NCBI GenBank assembly: GCA_951406725.2
Contig: OX597831.1
Location: 24,490,001-24,554,000 of the forward strand
Direction: 5' to 3'
Source: Octopus vulgaris
Lineage: Eukaryota
DNA: 64,000 bases
In this document: positions 51,963 through 64,000 of the stretch, piece after piece
Position numbering within the stretch: the stretch's first letter is position 1
Layout of the letters: every line of letters starts with the position of its first letter
The notes under the pieces: model-generated
What the model saw: the letters and a program-made list of their open reading frames with translations, nothing else
Told to the model about the DNA's origin: nothing
The model's database searches: none
Made by a program: the position numbers and the translations under genes

Positions 51963-52680
51963 CATCATCATTATCATCGTTTAACGTCCATTTTCCGTGC
52001 TGGCATGGGTTGGACAGTTCAACCAGGGTCTGGGAAGCCAGGAGGCTGCACCAGGCTCCAGTCTGATTTTGCAGTGTTTCTACAGCTGGATGCCCTTCTT
52101 AACGCCAACCACTCCGTGAGTGTAGTGGGTGCTTTTTACATGCCACCGGCACAGAAGCCAGTCAATGCAGCGCTGGCATCAGCCATGTTCGGATGGTGCT
52201 TTTTTACATGCCACTGGCAGAGGTATCACAACTACAATTTCCATTTGATATTTATTTTGATGTTGATGTACTTGACTCAATAGGTCTCCTCAAGCACAGC
52301 AGGTCACCCTACGATTCAAGGTAAGCACAGCAGGTTGTTCTGCAATCCAAGGTACTTTGGATGGGCTGGGGCTATGCAAAACTGGTGCAGGAAACAGCCA
52401 TGAACTCACGTTATTTGTCAGGTCTTTGCAATCACAGCATATATCCAGAAATCTCGGTCTTTCGTCATAGCCTCTGTGAGGCCCAACATTTGAAGGTCAT
52501 GCTTGATCACCTCATCCCATGTCTTCCTGGGTCTACCTCTCCACCGGATACCTTCAACTGTTTGGGAGTGGCACTTCTTCACACATCCCTCTTCATCCAT
52601 GCGTAGTACATGACCATACCAGCGCAAACGTCTCTCTTGCACACTACATCTGATGCTTCTTATGTCCAGCATTTCTCTCC
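51963..52680 (-). mobile_element. 5'-truncated RTE-clade LINE (ORF C-terminus plus 3' UTR)
   Basis: RRLRWYGHVLRM...RGRPRKTWDEVI...DRDFW (52418-52672), 3' UTR aagggcatccagctgtagaaac, (GAT)n tail. Confidence 0.93.
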
Positions 52681-53042
52681 TGGGTGCTTACACTGTAGAA
52701 TATAAATAAATGTAAATATATATGTTTGTTTTATTTGTCTATATGTGAAGATTGATCCTATAGTGTCTGAAGAAAATCACCCATTGCCAAAATTATGTGG
52801 TATTTTTACCAGCTCTTCAATACTTATAAAGCTAATATCCAAACTTTAGATGATGACTCAGTTTCCACCATTACTGCCCATTTTTCACCTAGTTCCACAC
52901 TATTCACATGCAACCCAGACATCTTATACTAAACTTGCATTGACTCAGGAAACAGAGGCTTTGAAAGTGTTCTCCAATGAGAATATGTCAATCTTGTCTT
53001 CTTGCAACATTATATATAAAATGTTAACAGCGTCATTCTTAC

Positions 53043-53092
53043 CAAACTGGGAGGGCCCTAAAAATAATACAGTTTGGTCCCTTCCTCCAGCC
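53043..53092 (-). other. candidate 50-nt exon
   Basis: tttattacttgttAG acceptor, TTG|GTAAGA donor; open as AGGRDQTVLFLGPSQF or GWRKGPNCIIFRALPV; product not recognised. Confidence 0.3.
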
Positions 53093-53704
53093 CTAACAAG
53101 TAATAAATAGAGATATACATTCATTAGAGGCTGATGATTCATTCTATAACAGCTCAAAGTCTTTTGCTTGAATGCTTTCATTCAGGCAACAAAATTGAGA
53201 TGAATACATCTACAAGTATTTTTTTCCCCCCATTTGTACATTAACACCACATGCATGCACATGTATAAACATACATGCATGCATACATGCATTATAATGT
53301 GTGCATGTGTAATTATGTTGTTGATTGCTGGTTATGCTACTTAAATCAATACACAATATTCATCTGCCGTTCCCCCAGAAAAAAAAAACCCAGATGTTCA
53401 TACTGTATCAGTCAGTGTAGACCATATTTTCCAATTCTAGTACATATTGGATGAAGTGTGTGTGTATGTGGGGTGGGTGTAATGGACAGAGGGTAGGGAT
53501 AGAAATGTGCATTTTCACTAACTCTATTAGAAGTCTACTTCTCATTATTTCATAAAGCTTAGAAATGCTTAAAGAATTCTGGAACTGATTGATTCAACTG
53601 TATCGATTATTCTTCATCGACTCTATTATGTATGTATATATGTGTGTATGTATATATGTGTATATGTATATATGTGTGTATGTATATATGTGTGTATGTA
53701 TATA

Positions 53705-53887
53705 TGTGTGTATGTATATATGTATGTACTATGTTAGAGTCTGTAAATATGTGTGTGACATAGTGTGTGTGTGTATATATGTATGTACTATGTTAGAGTC
53801 TGTGAATATGTGTGTGACATAGTGTGTGTATGTATATATGTATGTACTATGTTAGAGTCTGTGAATATGTGTGTGACGTAGTGTGTG
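53705..53887. repeat. 59-bp minisatellite, 3 copies
   Basis: tactatgttagagtctgt at 53727, 53786, 53845. Confidence 0.93.
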
Positions 53888-54444
53888 TTTGTAGCTGTTT
53901 GTGTGTGTGCGTGTGTACCTTTTTCAATGTTATGTGCATTTACATGTGTGTGTGTGTGTGGATGTACACACACACATACATACACACTTATGTATCCCAA
54001 TATATGTGTTTGTATATTTATGTAGTAGTATGCATGTATGCATGTGTGAGTGTGTTTGTATCAATATGTCTGTGTGTGGGTGTATGTGCTTTGTCGTGTG
54101 CATGTTCAGAAAGCTTTACCAAGTTGTCAGTCTGGAGTTTTCTTAGCAGAATAAAGTACAAAAGTGAAAGTAGACAGATCTGTCTGTTGCACAGTTAAAC
54201 ACAGTTAAACTTTGTGATGAGAGGTTTCCAAATGAATATAAATTGAAATACATCAGTATAGCAAACGTATTAATGTATTTTCTTAAATATGTCATCATAG
54301 GTTTTAGAAACAAATAGCCTGGATAATATAAGTAGAGATAAGATTTTGGCAAGCCGAAGATTGTGATTTGAATTATTTTTAATTCAATCAAATACTAACA
54401 AATACTAACAGGAAGAGAACAAACCTTATTTGGATGATAATATT

Positions 54445-54655
54445 TCTTTCCACTGGAAGCACAAGGACTCAAATTTGGGGGAAGGGATTAAGTCAATTGC
54501 ATCAACCCCAGTGTGTAACTGGCACTTATAATCAACCCCAAAAGGATGAAAGGTAAATTTGGCCTTGGCAGAATTTGAACTCAAAACATAGCAGCAGATG
54601 AAATACTGCTAAGCATTTTGCCCGGTGTGCTAACAATTCTGCCAGCTTGCTGCTT
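54445..54655 (-). mobile_element. family B SINE
   Basis: core and head match. Confidence 0.85.
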
Positions 54656-54762
54656 TTACTTGGATGATAATAATGGAAACAAATTTTGATCCAAGGTCAG
54701 TAGTTTGGTCCAAGCCAGGGGAAGGGGCTATGTCAGTTACATCGATCCCAGTATTCAACTGG

Positions 54763-55176
54763 TATAGTAGTCTTAATTGAGAAAGAAAACAAACTATGCT
54801 GGATCATAGATATAGCATGCTCAGCTAACAACAAGATATGCGATAAGGAAGAAAGGAAAGTTGAGAGAAATGACAGGTTAGCTTGGGAAGTTAAGCAGTT
54901 GTGGTCGATGAAAAAGGTGGCAGTAGTACCAATAATTGTTGGAGCCCGGGAACAGTGAGCAAAAATCTCGAGAAGTACGTGGAACAAATAGGGGCTGCAA
55001 TAAGGGTGGAGCACTTGAAGAAAGCAGCACTGCTTAGAACCACTCAAATACTCTGGAAGGTGCTCGAAAAATAAGAGGTGTTACCTTAGTTCACTGGTAG
55101 GGAGCAGCAGACACTGTAGTACATCTCCAATGTTAGAAGCTATGCAAAGGCAATGATGATGATGATGATGATGATG

Positions 55177-55227
<51 letters not shown>

Positions 55228-55228
55228 T
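54763..55228 (+). mobile_element. R4/Dong-like non-LTR element 3' end (restriction-like endonuclease C-terminus) ending at (GAT)n(AAT)n
   Basis: IVVLIEKENKLCWIIDIAC...KEERKVE...LAWEVKQLWSMKKVAVVPIIVGA...EHLKKAALLRTTQILWKVLEK*. Confidence 0.85.
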
Positions 55229-55807
55229 TGGTGGTGGTGGAGGGGGGCATGTTTCTTGCATAGCTGCAAAATAAAGAATTTGTCGTTCAGAAGGAACAGT
55301 TATACACATACATACATACATACATACAATGTACCTATGGTTCTGTAAATGTGTGATAGCAATACTAATGCCTGTTGCTTACTTCCAATACAGTTATTTA
55401 CCAAACAATTTGTTTAAATACCATATTTTAAAACCCCCATCCAGCAGCTACGCATAATGCTTCTTTAAACCGTAAGTGTGAGTTGACAGCTTTAATTTTC
55501 AATTTAATCTCTGCCTGCAGTAATGAGATAATTGTCCAAGGAATGTTAGATATGAATCTGTCAAATGACGCTACCATTTCTTGTTTTAACCTTGAGATAT
55601 CTTGTCACTGTAGATGTAGATGCTGTAAATAATGAGCCACATACGTATGGAGACACCTGACGACGATATAGATAGATTGATGGCTGTGTGTGTGTGTATG
55701 TATGTGTACACTCTACACCTCTCCACATGCATTACTAACAAAATAACATTCACATTGTATAGTTATATCATTTCATAAACAATAATAGATAGGTATGCAT
55801 ATATATG

Positions 55808-56035
55808 TGGAAGTGCGTGGCTTAGTGGTTAGGGTGTCAACATCATGATCGTAAGATTGTGGTTTCGATTCCTGGATTCGGTGACGTGTTGTGTTCTTGA
55901 GCAAAACACTTCATTTCACGTTGCTCCAGTCCACTCAGATGGCAAAAATGAGTAACACTGCGATGGACTGGTGTTCCGTCCAGCTGGGGGAACACATACA
56001 CCATTGAAACCAGGTCCATGAGCCTGACTAGGTGC
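55808..56035 (+). mobile_element. V-domain-like tRNA SINE
   Basis: same family as 45640. Confidence 0.88.
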
Positions 56036-56119
56036 ATTTTGTTTTTATTTATTATGCATATATATGATGTATGTGCGTATGTATCTACTTATATATGTAT
56101 GTATATCTGTACTCTCTTG

Positions 56120-56315
56120 TAGGTGCATGGCTCAGTGGTTAGAGCATTGAGCTGACAATCATGAAGTAATGAGTTTGATTCCTGGACCAGGCTGTGTGTT
56201 GTGTCCTTGAGCAAGACACTTTATTTCATGTTGCTCCAGTTCACTTAGCTATAGAAATGAGTGGCAAAGTCACTGGTACCAAATTGTATCAGCTTTTGTC
56301 TTTCCCTTGGACAGC
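56120..56315 (+). mobile_element. tRNA-headed SINE, truncated
   Basis: ggtgcatggctcagtggttagagc...ccttgagcaagacacttt. Confidence 0.8.
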
Positions 56316-56319
56316 ATAC

Positions 56320-56799
56320 TTTCACCATATGTCTTCCTTCAAATGCTTCAAAACCTTGTTGATTGTCCCCTAATGCTCCTCATACATGAGATGTTGAATT
56401 TTCTCCACATTTCTAGGGGTGACACTCATGGCAGATCTTCCAGATCACTCATCATCTTCAGGTTTTTTAAGCGCCCATGTCACTTAAAACATAGTGTGCA
56501 ACCCATTGCTTTGTTGCCGTAAGCTTGCTGAAGCATTCTCAACCTCTCTGTAACAGACTTCCAAAGTTCAATAAAAAACTCTTTGTTTCAGTTCCCTGTT
56601 AAGGACAAAAATCACAGACTACAGCTTACACATAATCACAAAAACACAAATTTCCCAAATTTCGAAGTAAACCCAGGAATGTCACTTGGCACTCTGCCCC
56701 ATGAAGGTCACTGCTAGCTCTTGCTGCTCATGCAACTGTGTGCTGTCATCTACTGGTGCACTAAAAAACTAGTCTGGTAACTTTTCTGATACCACCTCG
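56320..56799 (-). mobile_element. mariner 5' remnant
   Basis: TIR ta-cgaggtggtatcagaaaagtt; decayed HTH with EDDE*SGRSAMS; same TIR at ~63113. Confidence 0.75.
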
Positions 56800-56810
56800 T
56801 ATTTCACTTA

Positions 56811-57074
56811 CATAAAATAAATAAATGTGCCCTTTTTAAAGCCTAGCTAGATTCATGGGCCCAGTTTCCTGGTTTCTATGGCGTATGTGTTCCCCAGCTG
56901 GACGAGACGCCAGTCCATCACAGCGTTACTCATTTTTGCCAGCTGAGTGGACTGGAGCAACGTGAAATGAAGTGTTTTACTCAAGAACAAAATGCATCAC
57001 CCGGTCCAGGAACCAAAACCACAATCTTACGATCATGATGCTAACACCCTAACCTCTAAGCCACGCGCCTCCAC
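56811..57074 (-). mobile_element. V-domain-like tRNA SINE
   Basis: 11-bp TSD tatttcactta 56800-56810 / 57075-57085. Confidence 0.92.
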
Positions 57075-57641
57075 TATTTCACTTAGAAGGTATTGGAAAA
57101 CTCAAAGCTATTATAGAAAGCCCCTAAAATATAAAGGAGTGGGATCAAACCTGAAATGCTTGGCTGCAAAGCATCCTTCTGAGCCAGAATGATACTAGCT
57201 TCACTCATTCATAATATTTTGTAGGTTTCACATATTTTTTGGTGAAGGAAAGAAACATCTGTAATACTTGAGGTTAGCACACATTTTAGGATATATAAGA
57301 TAGAAGACGGTATTAGTTTTGTCTGAACCGACAGAATGAAACTAATGTGAAAAAGGAAACGAGGAGAGTATTAATGATTTCCCTCTTAATGAACTACTCA
57401 ATAATTCAAATTGCTCGACACATTGGTCAAGTGGCTGTTAAATACTGCAGTGACATTGTGTAATACATACAATGGTGTGTGATCTTTGTACAGGAATATG
57501 ACTTAGTCATAAGAAAAGTACTCAACAGGATGCATCAATATATATACATATATATATATATATACAGACACACACATATATACATATATGCATAAATACA
57601 TACACACACATATATATATATGAATACATACATACACACAT

Positions 57642-57686
<45 letters not shown>

Positions 57687-58280
57687 ATACATACATGCAC
57701 ACACATCATATATATACATATATATATATGTATGTATGCATATGTACATATGCGCAGAAATGAGACTACAGGTATACTTGATCATATACTTAATCAAGGT
57801 GTCTGCAAATCAAAGGAAAAGTATTCAATGCATTTGATACAGATGAAGACGGTCAATTTATTCTTTCAAATACAAGCCGATCACAGTGGCTGATAGACAG
57901 TAAACAACAAGGAAAGTTATGTAAAAGTACACTGAATAACAGAAAATATGCAATTAAAATGTTCAATAAAAAACACTTGAGCATATGATAAAAGAAGGAG
58001 AAAAAAAATAAATAGCAGAAATATGTATGAAAGAAGAAAAATTCTGTGCAGTTAAATACAACTCGTCTCTAGAATATGGAAAAATTATTATTGATGTAAA
58101 TGCTCAAATATCATTGGAGTCGGTTTTTTTCCAAATTTGTCTGAAGAAAATGTCTTCAACAGTAATTTCACAAGAACATATCTGTGTGCATGCATGTTTC
58201 GTGTGTAAGGATTCTTTTCATTATCAAACTGAAGTTGGGTTGAGCTTTGTCCCAGTATTCTTTTATTTAGCTGCTTCATA

Positions 58281-58502
58281 CAAGGAAGGGCTAAAAAGTA
58301 CCTGGCTTTCAGTTACAGAAAATACAGGAGGAGGATCAATTAATTATGATTTTATTCAACATGTTACCCTTCACAGATTCACATACTTACTGGAGCAGCC
58401 CTTCAGTTTTTCTAAGCGCTGTAAAAGAACTCAGAATGTTGGGCCTTCAACTGGGCCTTTCGTGTCAACCCCGAAAGCCAGGAACTTTCCTGCTTCTCCT
58501 CA
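58281..58502 (-). mobile_element. mariner-derived MITE
   Basis: family of 711-927. Confidence 0.82.
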
Positions 58503-58652
58503 TATATCCAATTGAAGGGTCATCACTATTTTTTTCACAGCACCAAAGTAGATCTTAGTTTAGATGTTTAGTCCAAGTGAAATAGGAAGGGTACATAAAA
58601 CTTCTTAAATAGCTTACTGGTGCTGTAGTTTTGTTTTATCAGTTCTGTTTTA

Positions 58653-58812
58653 TAGGCGTAGGAGTGGCTGTGTGCTATGTAGCTTGCTTACCAACCACAT
58701 GGTTCTGGGTTCAGTCCCACTGCGGTGCACCTTGGGCAAGTGTCTTCTATAGCCTCAGGCCAACTAAAGCCTTGTGAGTGGATTTGGTAGATGGAAACTG
58801 AAAGAAGCCTGT

Positions 58813-58846
<34 letters not shown>

Positions 58847-59085
58847 CATACATACATATGTCTGTGTATATGTTTGTGTGTCTGTGTTTGCCCCCCCCCC
58901 CCCCATCGCCTGACAACCGATGCTGGTGTCTTTACATCCCCGTAACTAAGTGGTTCGGCAAAAGAGACCGATAGAATAAGTACTAGGCTAACAAAAAAAT
59001 AAGTCGTGGGGTCAATTTGTTTGACTAAAGGCGGTGCTCCAGCATGGCCATAGTCAAATGACTGAAACAAGTAAAAGAGTAAAAG
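58653..59085 (+). mobile_element. family A SINE
   Basis: full length. Confidence 0.9.
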
Positions 59086-59279
59086 TGGTGTTGGGATTAA
59101 TTTCAGTTACAACAGTGCTAGTGAGATTCCACATGGCATAAGGTATATTTTTCATTCTGAATATAACATTCTCTGTTAGAAAACAAAAAAATATTATATT
59201 GATTTCAAATTTTGGCTAAGACCAGCAATTTCACGGGAGGGAGTGGTTGATTACATCAACCCCAGTACTCGACTGTAAC

Positions 59280-59472
59280 TCAGGACTTATTCTTTGTAAG
59301 CCTAGTACTTATTCTATCGGTCTCTTTTGCCGAACTGCTAAGTTACGGGGACTTATACACACCAACATCAGTTATCAAGTGATGTTGGGAAGACAAACAC
59401 AGACACACAACCATATACACACACACATATATATGACAGGCGTCTTTCAGTTTCCATCTACCAAATCCACTC
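59280..59472 (-). mobile_element. internal fragment of family A SINE
   Basis: caggacttattctttg...ccaaatccactc. Confidence 0.85.
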
Positions 59473-59621
59473 GACCCAGAAAGAATGTAATAAGAAATCA
59501 ACCTTGGCTTATTTTGAACTCGGAATGGAATGCTTGCCACCTTTTAATCTATCCAACATATTGAATCCTATATTAGATAATGTTTGCATTATGTAAAATG
59601 ATATTTTAATTTATTTTATAA

Positions 59622-60016
59622 CTAGCAGTATCGCTCAGCATTGCTCAGGTTTGTAAGGGAAATAACTATATAAGCATTTTTAGAGATGTAAAGTATAATA
59701 GCCATCTGAATATGGCTAACCACAAAGGGGGGGGGATGTTACTGTAGCTTTTTACGTTCTGAGATTTAATAATAAATTTTTAGAGAGTTACTTCCCTTAT
59801 ATATGCCAAAAATGCATTAAAAATGGGAAAAATTGATGGTAAATTTTTTTAAAATCCTAGACTCATCGTAGACGTGCACTAATATCCAGAAGGGCTCGAT
59901 ATGAATCACGACTATAAGATACCCGGTTTTGGTTAAACTGCACTGCAAAATGTGGGACTAGTTAGGAATCTAAATCCTAGGAGACAGACACACAACCTCA
60001 CTTTTATATATAAAGA
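59622..60016 (-). mobile_element. non-autonomous Helitron
   Basis: minus strand a|TCtttatatataaaag ... gagcaatgctgagcgatactgCTAG|t; no TSD, A|T insertion site. Confidence 0.85.
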
Positions 60017-60154
60017 TTTCTTGCTATATATGTCTGTGTGTATATGCAAGAAAGTGTGTTAATGTGGATATTATTATCAGTAGTTCTGTGCTTAGGAAGA
60101 CCTCTTGGGTTTAAAAAAAAAAACAGTAAAGCACTAAAAGATACAAGTAAGGAT

Positions 60155-60361
60155 TACTCTTTTACTGGTTTCAGTCATTTGACTGTGGCCATGCTGGAAC
60201 ACCACCTTTAGTCGAGTAAATTGACCCCAGGACTTATTCTTTGTAAGCCTAGTACTTATTCTATCGGTCTCTTTTGCCAAACTGCTAAGTTACGGGGACT
60301 TATACACACCAGCATCAGTTGTCAAGCGATGTTGGGGGGACAAACACTGACACACAACCAT

Positions 60362-60392
<31 letters not shown>

Positions 60393-60535
60393 CACATATA
60401 TACAACAAGCTTCTTTCAGTTTCCGTCTACCAAATCCACTCACAAGGCTTTGGTTGGCCTGAGACTATAGTAGAAGACACTTGCCCAAGGTGCCACACAG
60501 TGGGACTGAGCCCGGAACTATGTGATTCGTAAGCA
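60155..60535 (-). mobile_element. family A SINE
   Basis: tail and body match. Confidence 0.9.
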
Positions 60536-60729
60536 AAAACAAAGATACATTTTTCATGCAGAATTAATTTGAGCTGCTCAAAAATACACCACCTGTGCAA
60601 CAAATGGAGGAAGCATGGCCTGCAATATCTGCAGACGTGTATGTTTAGCTACAGCTGGGCTCGTTATTCACAAGTGTGATCCACAATTGTAAAATGTAAA
60701 TCTGTTTGACTGCACAGCATTTCTAATAG

Positions 60730-61507
60730 AAGGCAGTGAGCTGGCAGAAACGTTAACATACCGGGCGAAATCCATAGTTATATTTCATCTGTTGCTACGT
60801 TCTGAGTTCAAATTCCACCAATGTCAACTTTGCCTTTCATCCTTTCGGGGTCGATAAATTAAGTACCAGTTATGCACTGGGGTCGATCTAATCGACTTAA
60901 TCCGTTTGTCTGTCCTTGTTTGTCCTCTCTGTGTTTAGCCCCTTGTGGGTAGTAAAGAAATAGGTATTTCGTCTGCCGCTACGTTCTGAGTTCAAATTCC
61001 GCCGAGGTCGACTTTGCCTTTCATCCTTTCGGGGTCGATAAATTAAGTACCAGTTACGCACTGAGGTCGATCTAATCGACTTAATCCGTTTGTCTGTCCT
61101 TGTTTGTCCTCTCTGTGTTTAGCCCCTTGTGGGTAGTAAAGAAATAGGTATTTCGTCTGCCGCTACGTTCTGAGTTCAAATTCCGCCGAGGTCGACTTTG
61201 CCTTTCATCCTTTCGGGGTCGATAAATTAAGTACCAGTTACCCACTGGGGTCGATCTAATCGACTTAATCCGTTTGTCTGTCCTTGTTTGTCCTCTCTGT
61301 GTTTAGCCCCTTGTGGGTAGTAAAGAAATAGGTATTTCGTCTGCCGCTACGTTCTGAGTTCAAATTCCGCCGAGGTCGACTTTGCCTTTCATCCTTTCGG
61401 GGTCGATAAATTAAGTACCAGTTACCCACTGGGGTAGATCTAATCGACTTAATCCGTTTGTCTGTCCTTGTTTGTCCTCTCTTGTGGGTAGTAAAGAAAC
61501 AGGTATT
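60730..61507 (+). mobile_element. family B SINE with four tandem body units (three of 184 bp, last 171 bp)
   Basis: head 60730-60778; units start 60779, 60963, 61147, 61331. Confidence 0.95.
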
Positions 61508-62165
61508 CCTCAGTCATGAGTGGATAGCCATCTCATATACATGGATATATGCAAAATTATGCAAATAGGATAAATCAGAAACAGAACCAGAAACAGCTTT
61601 AAGAAGATGGTGCCAAGTTAAAACAATATATTGAAATTTTCCATTTCCAGGAAGAATCACCAACAAATTGTTGTTCCACTTTCTGCTGTATTACACAAAC
61701 TATGTTCTTGCGAATACAACTATTGCATTTGTCCCTTCTCTCTGTTTTATACTTATCTGCAGTTATCTCTCTTTTACACAGCTCATGGCAAATTTTCACA
61801 TTGGATTTTCATTTGCCTTCTAGCTAATCTCTAATCTGTTTCCTGTCCATTATCATTCTTGTGAAAATGGCAATAATCTACTTACATATTCTTATCTCAA
61901 TACCATGGCTTGTATATATATATATATATATAATAAAGAAGTAAAAGAAAAAATAAGTAACACACTGCGTGTTTTTTTAAAATTATTATCATGGTAAAAT
62001 ATAAAACAAGTGGAGAAATACACAGGCAAGTCTTACATATACGTATAGTTACACACATACACATGTATATGCTTATATATGTTTGTATGTGTGTGTAGGT
62101 ACATGAGTATAGGCAGGTGCATATATAATATGTATGTCTCTGTACCTGCATGTAAAGCTTTAAAA

Positions 62166-62166
<1 letters not shown>

Positions 62167-62212
<46 letters not shown>

Positions 62213-62231
62213 TATATAGATAGATAGATAT

Positions 62232-62273
<42 letters not shown>
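62167..62273. repeat. (TA)n-(GATA)n microsatellite
   Basis: direct reading. Confidence 0.95.
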
Positions 62274-63361
62274 CTTAATGGGTAGAAGCATGTAGTAATA
62301 TGCCTTTCTTTTTTTATGTATATTTATATACCTGCATGTATGTAAGTACAGAGATTTGTAACTACATGCTTCTTGATAGATGTACGATGGAATATACTAA
62401 CCTAGACAATTCATAATTACACATGCTTGCATACACATATACTTATACTTAAATACGTTAACGTACTTCACACACACACACACACATATGTGAAGGAAGC
62501 GCCATAATTTTCTCTTCAGGAAGCTGGCATCCGTATTTCCAATAATATTATCCATCTTTGCAATTTGGTATCCATATCCTACTTAATATTAACTTTACAT
62601 AACAGTTCTCTGCTTCTCTTCATAACCATTCACACCAAACGCTCATAACGTGCTAGAAAGAAATTCAAATTATCAAAGTTATTTTAATTTCTCCTTTCCA
62701 TATTTAAAAATATCAACTAAAATGTTATATTGCTTTCTTACATTGAATGGCGAGGATTGCTTACCCAGTAGGACATAAATCCACATGTAATTTAGCATTT
62801 AGTCTTTTCCTTGTGGTCTGTGGTTAAATCTGGTTGTGTATTAAACTTTCTGGATGCAATCCTGATGGTTGACAAAACTTCTTTTGCAATTATGAAGTCT
62901 TATGTTCTATTCCAATATATTATCTTGGTTAAGTGTCTTCTGTCATGGCCTCAACTCTGTTTTGCTTCGCAAGTTAAATTCAGAACTGTTCTAATTCAAG
63001 GGACTCAACCTTGCCATAAAGTGTCATATTGAGTCTATCCAAGGATTGCTCTAATCGTATACATACTAATGAAATACACAGATATATTATAACACAAAGT
63101 AAAACATACCTATTATGAGGTGGTATCAAAAATTTCCAGGACTAATCATTTTTTATGAAAAATAGCTCATTCACCCAGCTTTTATTATGCTAAACTAGGA
63201 TTCTGTTGGATAGAATGACAAGTGTTCCAGTTGATCCTATCAACGAAACATTTTCCTCATGAAATTAACTTGTAAGTGGTTGAATGCTCCACAGACACAC
63301 ATACTCTTAATCTGCATAAGTGTATGAAAGCTTGTTGGAGGCAGTCATTTATGGGCAGATG

Positions 63362-63520
63362 TTGGTTGGGGTTAGGAAGGGCATCCAGCTGTAGAAACAC
63401 TGCCAGATCAGACTGGAGCCTGGTGCAGCCTCCTGGCTTCCCAGACCCCAGTCGAACCGTCCGACCCATGCTAGCATGGAAAACAGACGTTAAACGATCA
63501 GGATGATGATGATGATGATG
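63362..63520 (+). mobile_element. RTE 3' UTR fragment
   Basis: aggaagggcatccagctgtagaaac...catgctagcatgg...(GAT)n. Confidence 0.88.
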
Positions 63521-63630
63521 TTCTTCTTAATGCCAACTCTTTGCTGTTTTACAAGTGAGGAAGATTTCATTCCACTACTTCAAGATCATAGTTTCAGAGG
63601 ACACAATGTTCACAGCAAAATTTTGCTTAA

Positions 63631-63848
63631 CCCTTTTTGTTATCCACCCGGCAGAAATCGGCTCTGGCTCTGGCTACAAATGCCTTGTTTTCAAAAGTTT
63701 TGCATTAAAATCTTCCACAATTTAGTCAGAATTTACATTCCTAACACTAGCTGAATGATAACTAAGTTATTTTACTAAATTCTTTGTTATATTTAAAGTA
63801 ATTGAAAGAAACACAGAGCATCTCAAAATAAATACAGTAACGAAAGGG
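63631..63848 (-). mobile_element. piggyBac-like MITE
   Basis: TTAA TSD on both sides (63627-63630, 63849-63852), ccctt/aaggg TIR. Confidence 0.9.
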
Positions 63849-64000
63849 TTAAATGATGTCATGTGAGAATTGAAAATGAAACTTTTACACACACACACAC
63901 ACACATACACAAGCACACATGAGCATCTGTGAATGTGCACACATCCACACACAAGACAGTACATGGTAGCTGAATTTTCATGAAAGGTTCCACCTATCAA

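Noticed and set aside
58027-58515. 162-aa ORF
   Set aside because: Runs through the antisense strand of a mariner MITE; no recognisable domain
60963-61146. Hammerhead within the 184-bp SINE unit
   Set aside because: No CUGANGA box on either strand

Overview
AT-rich, repeat-saturated, apparently non-coding eukaryotic DNA. The repeat families resemble those of an octopod cephalopod (Octopus-like); this is inferred from recognition, not from a database search. No intact host protein-coding gene is recognisable, and almost all supplied ORFs are translations of microsatellites or SINEs. The window holds dozens of tRNA-derived SINEs in at least three modular families, decayed LINE fragments (RTE, R4/Dong-like, CR1-like), mariner and pogo/Tc2-type elements, TTAA MITEs, non-autonomous Helitrons and many TA/CA/AAT microsatellites. 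Main observations: (i) several unrelated Penelope-like terminal fragments carry minimal hammerhead ribozyme motifs, often next to (TA)n tracts; (ii) a Meta-domain SINE forms 184-bp tandem arrays through a palindromic junction that recurs at three loci; (iii) an RTE 3'-UTR double stem-loop is amplified as a ~91-bp minisatellite; (iv) a few weak, phase-compatible exon candidates lie on the minus strand. Repeat boundaries are approximate unless a TSD or TIR is quoted.
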